DNA of 64,000 nt from Lingula anatina (lineage: Eukaryota > Animalia > Brachiopoda). Of this stretch, positions 40,244 to 52,480 are shown in pieces. The translations under genes and the position numbers were made by a program. The stretch covers positions 1,062,954 through 1,126,953 of the forward strand of contig CM120644.1 in the NCBI GenBank assembly GCA_051362555.1, in the 5' to 3' direction. How positions within the stretch are numbered: the stretch's first letter is position 1; each line of letters starts with the position of its first letter. The notes below the pieces were generated by a model that saw only the letters and a list, made by a program, of their open reading frames with translations, was not told where the DNA came from and did no database searches.

Positions 40244-42418
40244 GTCACAGGTAAGATTGAAATCCAGGCAGATTTTAAATCCGCCTAGGTGAGATACAGA
40301 CAATATTTAATTATGATTACATTAAAGGGATAATAACGCTTCGTGTGAGATCTATATTTCATAATAAAACATCGTGAACAACTAATAGAAATATAATATA
40401 TTCTGCTGAACCACAAAAACGGCAGTTATAGCTATTATTATGATATCTGATCTTCTCTTTAGATCACGTGAACTCCATTGATGGCTATACTCTGTTATAA
40501 TCTCTTAAGAGATTATTAAGAGATTACAACAAAAAAACACACTTTTTAGAAAAAACAGGGACTAACTTTGAATGTAAAAAAGGATTCATTAATCATTGGT
40601 AAGTATGGAAAAATTGTTGTTTACTCCAGGAAAATTCATTTTTGGCCAAAACGAAATTATTATCCCTTTAATCACATACCAAATAAAGCCCTTTAGAACA
40701 TTTTCGTTTCACTTTTTTTTTTATATGCAGGGTAAACCACAAGAAATTGCGACATTATCGAGGTATTATTTTAGCATTATAGGGACATAATGGCGTGGGC
40801 CCTGTTTGTAGTGGGGAAGCAGCATAACGCTCTGCACGTCTACGGCAAAAAGGGGGGGGGTTGCAGAGATACTTGCGTTTAAAACCTTTATATTAGCTGC
40901 TTTTCTACTGCTCAATTTTACGGCATCTCTATCCTGCTTCAAATCTCCGCCAAAAATGCGAATGCGGCAGCACGTGTCCCTCTACTTAAATTTTATTATG
41001 TGTACTTATAGTCTTTTTGAGGCAAACAGAGATGCACGTATTTGATTTTCGAGAGCATCCTGCTTAACATTACCTCGTGCACATCATTTATTGTTTTGCT
41101 ACCCTCGGCTTTTGATTCATAAACTGCAGTCCATTTGAATATTACAGGTATGAGCCTTTTTAAAAATACTTGTGTCAAATAAACAAAATGATGATAGTAA
41201 TGTGAAATTATCAAAATGGGTAATTAAATGTCATCCAAATAGACATCATGGTGCTTTACCAAACGTAAAAAAAACATAAGCAAACAAACGATAGCTTTAG
41301 AGGTCTTAAACTGTGAAAACTAAGACATCATTTTATTGTTAAAGTCCCAAAATTATTTGGTCAATTATTCATGGTATACTACTTGGGATGTGTTCTTCAA
41401 TTGCAAAACGAAATGATTTCTGTTTATTTCGTGACGGTAGTTTCAGTTTTTTCCATAAATTGGGGCTTTATGTTTTATACCCCACTTTCTAGTTTCAAAT
41501 CTTTGCTATCAACATGTAAAAGGACTTATACTGTTGAGTTTAAGGTAGTTTCAAATAAAATTGCATTAGTATATTTTAGTTCGTGTGTAAACATACAGAC
41601 AGTCAACAGGAAAGAAAAAAAAGCATCCCGGGTCACATCTTTACAACTCCATTTATGAAGACCAAAGTGAGTCTCACGGTGATTTGTTACTCCACATGTC
41701 AGGAGCGGATCCAGATATATTTTCTGACATTATTACAAATTATCATTGTTGGCTTATCCTCCACTGCCTCCCTCCCAACACGACTAACTGATATGTACAT
41801 TTATTCAAAAGAAAGAAATCCTTTATATTGTGACTAATGATATCATAATTTAAATTTGTTTCTGACTTGAATTCCAATCTCGCCCAGGCAGATTTAGATT
41901 TTTTCCGGATTTCAATCCGTATTATTAGTGTACGTCTGATTTCAATCCGTATTATTTATGTACGTCTGATTTCAATCCGTATTATTTGTGTACGTCTGAT
42001 TTAAATCCGTATTATTTGAGTACGTTTGATTTCAATCAGTATTATTTGTGTACGTTTGATTTCAATCAGTATTATTTGTGTACCAAAAAACCTTGATGAA
42101 CAACCTTGAGCGCATACAGATACAACAGTTTCATTTTGAATTTCATAAAATATGCGTCATCAGTTTTTTTTTTTTTTTTATTCCCATCATTCATTTTGAT
42201 TTCATTTTCACTTTCCAGAATTAGGAGCAGCATTGTGTACTGTAATGTATCAGACATACCACGACCAATAGCTGTGCAACTGATAGCAAATATCACCCCA
42301 GAATCTCTTCAGTATTTCTTGGCGGCTAAAGCCAATCTGTCGTATGTCTTGTCAGACAATTTACTTTTCATAGAATATATTTGGGTGAAAAGAATTGTAG
42401 AAGGTTTATTCAATTCTC

Positions 42419-42462
<44 letters not shown>

Positions 42463-43844
42463 ACACTAACACACAAGCACAAAGGCACATGTAGCAATCA
42501 CATCTAATGTTTACCTTTTTCAAGATAAAAACATGGAAAAATAATCACTTTCCTTTTATAAGGACTGTCTGATACATGTATCATTTTATCCCCACTTTCT
42601 CCCAAATTCAGCAAAAAAAAAAAAAAAAAAAAACTCACGTTATTTCGCACTTTTTCTGCGCCATGCCGTCAGATACAAATCTCACTCTAACATACCAAAG
42701 TACGTGTACTAACACCCATTGTCGGTAAAGACTTTGGGTGCGTCAGAAAAAGATAGTGGGAGTGTAATGCTATCTTCTCTCCATAGGATTTATAAAGACT
42801 TCATGCCGCCAGTCCTTAAAGTGCTAGATAGGTCCAAGGGTTGGACTGATAAACAACAGGAATCTGGTGTGTGTATTCACAACGCTCTCACCAACTACAA
42901 TGATATTTCATGGTTTGTACAAGCATTGGAACTCTACAAAATGTTTGGGGCACAACATGTCTTCATTTATCACCTATCAAGTAACCTCAGCTCCGTTTTC
43001 GATTTTTACATAAAACAAGGTGAGTATTTACAGAACATTTTCTTGGCTTTATCACAATTTGTCCCGAATTCCAAACCCGGGAAATGTGTAAGATTTCATA
43101 GAGGTAATATAAGCATTGTGATGTGGCATCACTTCAGGGCACAACCACAGCATTCTCCCAGCAAAACAATATAAAGCAATAATCATAACCCAGTATTTTA
43201 TTTCAGGATTCGTCACTAAAATACCTTGGAATGTGACTGCAATTGAAAAGGGTCTAGGGACACAAATGCCATATAACTACATACAGCTAACACTGCAGAA
43301 CGACTGCCTGTTGCGTAACATACACCGATTCAAGTATCTCCTAATGCACGCCATCGACGAGGTCATCGTTCCCTATTTGCACGAGAACTACTCCGCCATG
43401 ATACAGAGTTTTCCTAGCAGAGCTGCCTACAGGTTCAGCAATGCCTTCTTCCCGCGTGTCTTCATTGACAATGTGACTGTGTACGAAAACAGAACTGGAG
43501 ATAAAGATGGACGAATGTTGCTATACAAACTGGTAGCACTCTTAGCAACAAAGCGGTTATATGTTTGGTTTGGCGGTGGTCGATGGAAAATGATCATAAG
43601 ACCGGAAAAAGTGAACCTCATGACAACCCATAGTGCCATTAATGCCACCAGCGTCTATGCTGTGTTGCCTTCCGAAGCCATTCTGCATCATTTTAGGCAA
43701 GGAAGCCCAATCTACATTAGAAAAAACAAGGTCCTAAAGAAAAACTTTCTTGAGACACGCATGTACCATTTTAAGGACAAATACCTGGCACGCTTAGAAA
43801 CGACTGAGAGAATGATGAAGAAGAGTGGAATTGCATGGCCTTGA
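39500..43844 (+). CDS. GT92 family protein, copy 5, 540 aa, DxD mutated to AID; exons 39500-40158, 42219-42311, 42787-43019, 43207-43844
   Basis: Open frame with a net 15-nt in-frame loss in the stem. HAIDE (GCC at 43350-43352) replaces HDIDE. Confidence 0.82.
40326..40667. mobile_element. Kolobok-like MITE (TTAA TSD) in copy 5 intron 1; left half also in copy 4 (33745-33916)
   Basis: TTAA|AGGGATAATAA ... TTATTATCCCT|TTAA. Empty site tacattaatcacat in copies 2 and 3. Confidence 0.8.
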
Positions 43845-45149
43845 TGTAAATTTATCATATATGGTCTACTTTGACTTTCTGTCGATACGCGTTATTAAGA
43901 GATGTGGTGGTATTTGTATATTGGGGTTTAGATATTAAATAAACAAGAACGTACACAAACACGAACATGTATGCAAAATAACTAAAAAATCACGTGCACA
44001 ATTGCAATTTAGAATATTTCCACACACGCTGAACACGCACATGAACAGGTAGTACGATATGCCATCAGGACCGATAAACTCCTGACTGAGCTTAATTCAA
44101 GTTTGTTGATATGGTCATTCTGAAGTACACAGGGGGTCTGTTTGCTTAATATATTGCTATACTATGTATTTTGTCAATATTTTTAATGCAAATTTCAAGT
44201 GTGGGACGGGCTGCTCATTGGGATAACCACCCTGTCCAACAGCAGATCAGGATTATACAGGATGGAATTATTTTCTTCTACTTTGGGGTGGGGGCACTGT
44301 ATTGTGCTAGTTGTGCTTGTTGTAACAATTGTCGGAAAGTTATGATAATTGACCACCATAGAACAGTACGCAATATCATTTGTGATACATCTAGCCACAT
44401 AACCATCCTTCAGCCACATTTACTGTTATTAAAATTACTAAATACATCTCTACCATAAAGTGTAAGGATAGCTCTCTTTGCAGCGTAGAATGTGTTGTCA
44501 AGGTAACGCATGCAGTCAGCATTTGTGGTTGTGTTATTAACCCATCCTTTACAAGTAGTTATAACGTCCATGCCCGCAGTGTACATATTAGTCTAGTTAT
44601 GTGTATACTACACCCTCTGTGTATAATAAAGGATCAACATTCTAATGGCCAATCTAGCCCCAGGAAAAAAGATACAGAACAAACTATAACTGTAAGAAAT
44701 AGAACGGCGCCCGTATACAAGAACAACATGCATTTTGTAGTATATGTTTGTAAATTACTAATGCTGCGCACTATGATATAAGTGTTATAGCTTTCACATC
44801 CTTGTGAATGACACAGGGATACCAGCGAATATTTCTAAAAATCCTTAGAACAGACTGTATCGTTGATGAGGTAAAACAATGCCTTTATTGAATGGAAATC
44901 TGTAATGGGGGCCCTATATCTCCTTAATAAAAGCATTTCAACCAAACTGACTACACAGGATTGTAGCCCATGCACGTGTGGTCAAGTATGCCCATTTACC
45001 TGATAAAATTTTGTTCAGGAATGAAGGTACGTCCCATACCGAATTCATTTTTCAAACACCTGTGCACACTTAGCAACATTTTGGGGTTTTTTTCCAGTTT
45101 ATCCATTTTACTTAGGGAATTGATTAAAATTTTAGTATCTATCTATCTA

Positions 45150-45224
<75 letters not shown>

Positions 45225-45641
45225 GTGTGTGTGATTCGTTTAATACAGTATAATAAGCCAAAATTTATATGCCTTGGGATGACTGGGTAAATATACATAT
45301 AAAAATATATGACTTTAAAATGATGTGGGTAGTTTCATTGTCGGAGGGATAAGTAAAATATACATTTATTTTCTACTCAACAAAAATGTCATTCAAAGTA
45401 CCTTATCATTTTGAATTTGCTTAGTATTCATCTCTAAGTTTCGGTATTTGCCCAACTGATCGTTATGCGGCTTTTCTAACATAAGTTTATTTGTATTTAC
45501 GTTTTATAGACTTGTGGTAACCAATGGCAACCAATCTTAGACTCACCCTTTTATACCTTTTATTTTGAAAGTCCACGTATGCGGTATGCAAACTGCCTAT
45601 ATGAATTAACTGCTGCTGTTCGGAATTAGTCTGAAATCCGT

Positions 45642-48600
45642 ATGGGAAATATGAAAGCTGGAAGATTGAAAAGCTCTTCTGTACAAGGAATATACAAGAA
45701 ATGCCTTTCTTTTATTTTACTTGCCTGTTGTGTAATTACAGGCTGGTATCTGTTGGAGACCGATAAACTTGTATATCACAAGCACAGCAAACATGTAAGG
45801 AAACTAGCAAGATATAACGATGCTCTTGGACACCACATGTCGGATTCCAGTCACGCTTCTCCGTGGAAAGATGAATCTTCAGATTTGAAGACAGGTCGGC
45901 TGACACAGAGAGAATACTCTCCGTCAGATTCACTCAAATTTCAAGCAACTGAGACAGCAGACCCAACTGAGCATTTGAGAAATTCCTTGACAGAGTCATT
46001 TCATAACGATTTCTCCAAGGAAACTTTAAGATGGCAAAAAGCAGCAGATTCCGGGTTGTACGTGTTCTCTGCATTTTATGACCCTCGAGTAAAAGGCAGA
46101 GAAGTTAAGGTGATATCAGCAGCAAGCCAACCCGTAGAAACACACTTGCCCATATATTGTCGACTTTGGTTTGAGGCTGAACACAAATACTGTAATGGAA
46201 CTGTCAGAGGGAACATATTGAAAGAAGACGTTCGCCGAGGAGTGCTTGAATATATCGTTAGGAATGATATAAATTTTAGGTATTTTTAAGGTGAACGTGT
46301 ATTATGTAAATCCATGATGATTTCCATTATATGTGTGTGTGTTTGTGTGTGTGTGTGTGTTTCATAGGCAGGAAATTTTAAATCCATATTTTCTGACAGT
46401 CCTCCACTGCCTCCCTCCCAACACAACTTACTGACATGAACATTTATCCAAAAGAAAGTAATCCTTTATATTGTGACCAATGATATCATACTTGAAAAGT
46501 GTTTATTACTTGAATTTCAAATCTCGCCCAGGCGGATTTAGCTTTTGTCAGCTTTTCGATCCGTATTATTTGTGTACGTCTGATTTCAATCCGTATTATT
46601 TGTGTACGTCTGATGTATTATCATAGGGTATAGTTCACTAAATATCTTGAATAATTTTGAATTTTTCTTGATACTTATTTAATGGTTTTTGTTTGAATAA
46701 CAAATACATGTAAAGAAAAAAGTAAATAGTTTACCAAAAAGCCTTGATGAGCAGCCTTGAAAGCATGCATATAAAACAGTTGCATATTTGTTTTCAGAAC
46801 GGCAGCCGTAATATATAGCAACTTTTTTGCCCCGACCGGTTTCTTTCTTTCTTCAGGGGGTTTTGTTTATTTGTTACTAGATGATGTCATAAAGGCTAAA
46901 ATGTGACGTCTGTAACAATGGGTGTTTAATTGTTACTTTTACCAATGCTTTTATCTATTCAATGTAGGTTTATACTTATTAATGAATAGATTTTCTTTCA
47001 TTTCCCTTTCTGTTTGGGTTGTTTCCCTAGTGAATTTATAAAATGGGAATACCGTAAAGTCCTTGTTTTTGTTCATAGAGCATTCCCTAATGTGCCCACT
47101 CTCAGATGTGCACTGATATTTAGGTTGTCTTATTTGTTGTCTGTGAACGGTCATTCTATGTCGGAGAGTGTCTCCAGTTTGTCCTATATAGTTCTCACAT
47201 CCACTGCATCCACTGCAAGTTAATACATAAATTAAATTTGAGCTAGTGCAGGTGAATGGGTGTTTAATTCTAAATGTAAGTCCATTTTTAAATGTTAGAT
47301 GGCCCCCCTCTTTAATTAGTGGACAGGTGCCACAACTGGGTACCTCACATTTCTGTACTCGTATTGTTGAGGTTTCCACATTTGTCCTGGAATTGTTTTC
47401 AAATTTTGCTTTTGTTAAAATTTGCTTTAGTGATGGACTTTGTCTCTTACTCTTTATAACCTGCATTTCGGTTAGTATATCATTCATTTTGTCATCTTGT
47501 TTTACCAAAGGCACATATTATGATACTTACAGGTGTGGCAAATGAGATGTACTTGTATTTCTTCACCTGTGATTTGTAAAATACACCAGAGGATGATACT
47601 TTTAAAGATGTTTAATGTTTAAAGAAAAGACGTAGATTGATTTAGTAACATTTACTAAAGAAATGTTAAATTAAAGGTGGGCTTCATTTGTGCCTTGACC
47701 TAAGACATCTCCTGCACATGTCATACAAACAAACTGGCAGCTTGGCCTATTAACTTGGTCATTTAACTTACCCATTATGCTGTTAACAATGCAAAGACAA
47801 CATAAAGAATCGGCCCAGCCAGGGCGTAATAAACAGGGGGTTTGGGCTTTTTATGCATGGGACTAGATTTGGTCCGGGCCTTTGACATATATATTTGTAT
47901 TCCCGTCATTCATTTTGTTTTCATTTTTACTTTCCAGAATTAGGAGCAGCATTGTGTACTGTAATGTATCGGACATACCACGGCCAATAGCTGTGCAACT
48001 GATAGCAAATGTCACCCCAGAATCTCTTCAGTATCTCTTGGCTTCTAGTGTCAATCTGTCGTATGTCTTGTCACTTTTCACAGAATATCAATCTGCGAGT
48101 CAAAAGAACTCTAGGGGAGTTAATCATTTAGCTCTCTCTCTCTCTCTCTCTCTCTCTCTAAAAAACACAAGCGCACATGTAGCAATGACATCTTAAAAAA
48201 TTTGCATTTTTCAAGATAAATTTTAAAAAAAATAAGAAAAAAATAATTATTTACCATTTATTTGGACTGTCTGATATATGTATTATTTTATCCCCACTCT
48301 TGACCAAATTCACCAACAAACTCACGTTATTTCGCTCTTTTCTGCTCCATGACGTCAAATACAAAGCGCACACAGCATGGCAATGTACGTGTACTAACAC
48401 CCATTGTCGGTAAAGACTTTGGGTGCGTCACAAAAAGATAGTGGGAGTGTAATGTTAGCTTTTCTCTATAGGATTTATAAAGACTTCATGCCGCCAGTCC
48501 TTAAAGTGCTAGATAGGTCCAACGGGTGGACTGACAAACAACAGGAATTTGGTATGTGTATTCACAACGCTCTCACCAACTACACTGATATCTCATGGTT

Positions 48601-49538
48601 CATCCAAGCTTTGGAACTTTACAAAATGTTTGGGGCACAACACGTCTTCATTTATCACCGATCAAGTAACCTCAGCTCCGTTCTCGATTTTTACGTTAAA
48701 CAAGGTGAGTCTATATAGAATATTGTATTGCGTTTATCCTAGTTTGTTTAGAATTCCAAACCTGTGAACTGTGTTGGATGGGAATGCATAGAAATGCATA
48801 GAAATAATATTAGCATTGTGAGGTGCCATTGCTTCAGGGCACAACTACCACATTCTACCAGCATATAAGACAGTGGTTAGATATCAGAATTTTATTTCAG
48901 GATTCGTCACTGTATTACCGTGGAACGTGACTGCGATTGAAAAAGGACTAGGGAATCAAATGGAATATGGGTACAAACGACTTTCACTGCAGAACGACTG
49001 CGTGTTGCGTAACATACACCGGTTCAAATATCTACTTATGCACGACATCGACGAGGTCATCGTGCCCTACTTGCACGAGAACTACTCCGCCATGATACAG
49101 AGTTTTCCTAGCAGAGCTGCCTACAGGTTCAGCAATGCATTCTTCCCGCTTGTTTTCATCGACAATGTGACTGTGTACGAAAACAGAACTGGAGATAAAG
49201 ATGGACGAATGTTGCTATACAAACCGGTAGCACTCTTAGCAACAAAGCGGTTATATGTTTGGTTTGTCGGTGGTCGATGGAAAATGATCATAAGACCGGA
49301 AAAAGTCAATATCATGACAACCCACGTTGCCATTAATGCCACCAGCGTATATGCTGTGTTGCCTTCCGAAGCTGTTCTACACCATTTTAGGCAAGGACGC
49401 CCAATGTACAAGAGGAGAAATATGGTTTCAAAGAAAAACTTTCTTGAAACACGCATGTACCATTTTAAGGACAAATACCTGGCACGCTTAGAAACGGCTG
49501 AGAAAATGATGAAGAAGAGTGGAATTGCATGGCCATGA
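45642..49538 (+). CDS. GT92 family glycosyltransferase, copy 6, about 533 aa; exons 45642-46279, 47938-48030, 48472-48704, 48901-49538
   Basis: Conserved motifs and splice phases, shorter exon 1, intact DIDE. Confidence 0.87.
46811..47890 (-). mobile_element. 5'-truncated Penelope-like retroelement with GIY-YIG endonuclease, in copy 6 intron 1
   Basis: ORF 46951-47514 has the CCHH-type linker (C...CGTC) and NLIYVLTC...NYIGQTGDTLRHRM..HR ... E...I..YKPTLN. The insert is absent in copy 2 between cagccgta and ttgtattcccg. The 47515-47890 part may be a separate repeat. Confidence 0.85.
46830..46860 (-). ncRNA. Minimal type I hammerhead ribozyme of the Penelope element
   Basis: Minus strand reads CCCC-CUGAAGA-aagaaa-GAAA-CCGGUC-GGGG: helix I CCCC/GGGG, both catalytic core boxes, palindromic ACCGGU stem III and a GUC cleavage triplet. 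Confidence 0.75.
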
Positions 49539-49651
49539 TAAAATAAATTGCAAATCCGAATATTTTGGTAGGATCCATATGAAGTACACAGTTGGGCTGT
49601 TTGCTTGATCTATTGCTGTACTAAGTACACTGTATACATATATCTTTAATA

Positions 49652-49966
49652 CAGACTTGACATTTAATATGGGATATTTTTCTAAATCATAAATCATCCG
49701 TTTTTTCCCGTTTTGCTGACTGATAAATGAAAATAAGGATTAACCCTGTTTTTAATAACTTTTAATAATCTCTTTGATGTCATTTTGACATCAGTTCATT
49801 AATTAAATTCGCCAGTGAAGAAAACAAAAATACATTGCCTATTCTGTGTCATACGACAACCAATGAAAGCGTTGAGACACGCATGTACCATGTTAAGGAC
49901 AAATACCTGGAACGCTTAGAAACGGCTGAGAGATTGATGAAGAAGGGTGGAATTGCATGGCCATGA
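49652..49966 (+). pseudogene. Second orphan Tc1 end (49652-49871) fused to a GT92 last-exon remnant (49872-49966)
   Basis: Same junction (caaccaatgaaagcg|ttgagacacg) as at 15675. The remnant reads ETRMYHVKDKYLERLETAERLMKKGGIAWP*. Confidence 0.8.
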
Positions 49967-51700
49967 TGTTAAATTGCCGTATATAGTACACTATGTCTTT
50001 AGGCAATTTCTGTTGATATATGTATATTTACCGGGTAGATTCACGGAGATATTTGTATATTATAATATTAAATACACAGCACACGCACACAAACTGGTAA
50101 ATACAGGCAATGGAATCCACTTCCTGACGATTTTCATTTGTTTGACGAGAGTATGAATGCACAAACTTAAAGCCTTGAAGCAGAAACGTTTATTTGCCTT
50201 TCTATGTGCAGTCAATACCAATACTTTACAAAAACATTCTTCAACTCCCATGAAAATACTCACAGGGCCAAAGTCAGAATATTTCAGTTAGCAATGACAG
50301 ATAAACTACAGAGGATGTATTCTTTTAGCGATGCTTTTATATATCAAATATGCAAACAAACCTAACTGCGAAACGTCTGCTTTTTAAGCAATTTGGTGAG
50401 TAGTATACCCGTTTCTGATTTCACCAGTACCTCCAACTTTTAGGGCATAGATTCGAGTTTAGGCAAATAAAATGTGACATTCGAAAAATCGCAGAAAACT
50501 CTTACCACTCATTCTTCTGTAGATTTTTCAAAGTAAACATATTCCACGGTGGTTGCTGTAATAAAAGGTTCTTTTTTTTTTTTTGGGGGGGGGGGAATTT
50601 TGTCTTGAGCATTACGTTTCAATATATGATATATTAATATTCATTATTCACTAGGTCTGTTTCTTTACATAGGTCTCTAGGAGAAAAAACAATCTAACTT
50701 ATAAGAAAATTAGAAATCAAATGAAACCAAAATGCCCGCAAAGCTAATTTCTTATCGACAATATACGCTGTCTTAACGACATAAAAATCCTTTTGCATCG
50801 AGGTTTCTTTAACCTAGTAATGGACATAAACAAACAAAATGTCCAAGAAATATATGTCCAACTTGTGTTGATTATTTCCAAGGTATTACCGCCCTGCTTA
50901 CCCAAAACAAAATTTTGAAAATAAGGCATAGTGTACTACCTTGTGTAGTTACACACTCACAGCAATCTATATCAGAACATACGGCGACGTTTTTTTTTCA
51001 TTCTATAATGATGTCAGGATATGTAGAAAAATTACCGCAATTCTATACAATATCGTCTCTACAACTTACTATGAGTAAATAGAAACACCAACTTAGTGGA
51101 TTGCTGTCTTGCACCAGCATTCTTCGAAAACTACGGCTATCCAACACATTGTTCTGTTGCGATTATCGTAAATCAATAAAAAACAAGACAGTTTCTCTTA
51201 ATTTGTGATACAGTAAACATGCAAACAGCAAACTCTTTTTTGTATCACACATCCAAGGACCTTAAACCGCGAAACACAATCCATCTTTGTTCTTTTCAAT
51301 GCACATAACATGTATAATATAATATAATATAACTTTGACACACCTTCCTACTAAACTCCAATCATAGTCCAACATCTTTCGTAAACTTGAGTTGTCAGCA
51401 TTTGAAAAGCATGTTTCAGCCAGCATTCACCTTTCTTTAGACATTTACAACAAGTGTTAACAGCATCCTGCCCCACTGCCCTTGACACAACGTCTGCTTC
51501 CTCTTACTTTGTCTTTCTTTTCCTTCCTGTTTCAAAAACATCCACGCGTTTTATGTGCATTTAGTCATTTTGCATAGCAGAGCAATAAAAAACAATTGAA
51601 AGAAATGCACCATTTCACATCAAAGATGGCGTCGTCCTCAAAGTCGCCTTCTCTTATTTTGATTATCACCATTTGAAGCCCATACTTCATTTTTCGCCCT

Positions 51701-52436
51701 TCAAAGCGTGCTAGCCATGTGTTTCGACCTCACCTGTGCTGTGATGATCGTTACCATAGTTACCATGACGGTTGTTAGCACAAATATATACAGGAGAAGG
51801 CGATCGACCACCTGCGCCACCTGTTGCCACTCTAGTTTGATAGCGTCTCTGCGGTCCTGTTCTGCCAATCGCATCTCGTTACGTTCTATCGTTTGGTACA
51901 CTTTTTGTAAAACGCGGGAAAACTGTTTCTCAAAATTGTCAGAGCTGGACGCTTCTGACGCCATATTGCCTAAATTGCGGATTCGTCTTGCAAATCTCGG
52001 TGAAATCCCGCCATTTTCTTGGTGTGGGTCGTCGGCTTTTAGTTCCGCATTCAGACGACTGCCGACGCCGTCCCGACCATATGGATCCTGCAATTATGAA
52101 TAAATGGTCCATTGATAATCATGATATTATATATGATTATTTATTTTGAAAATTACCCCTTAATATTACCCATCATACATAACCCATCTGGTCAGGGGAG
52201 AAGATTAAGTGTCCCTTCTAATATCTCATTGTGGGATATGAGAGTCATGGAGACTTTTCAATTTGACAACGTAATTGCCCGCAAAGATGAGCAAACAACA
52301 ACACAAAAACACAGCTGACATGACGAAAGAAATGAGGCGTACTGACTGGTCCAGTTAACAGGGATGTGCATTCTGTGTGCCATGTCACCTTGCAACACAA
52401 GCTTTGCTTCTGTTTTATTCCGGTTATGGTACCAAG

Positions 52437-52480
<44 letters not shown>

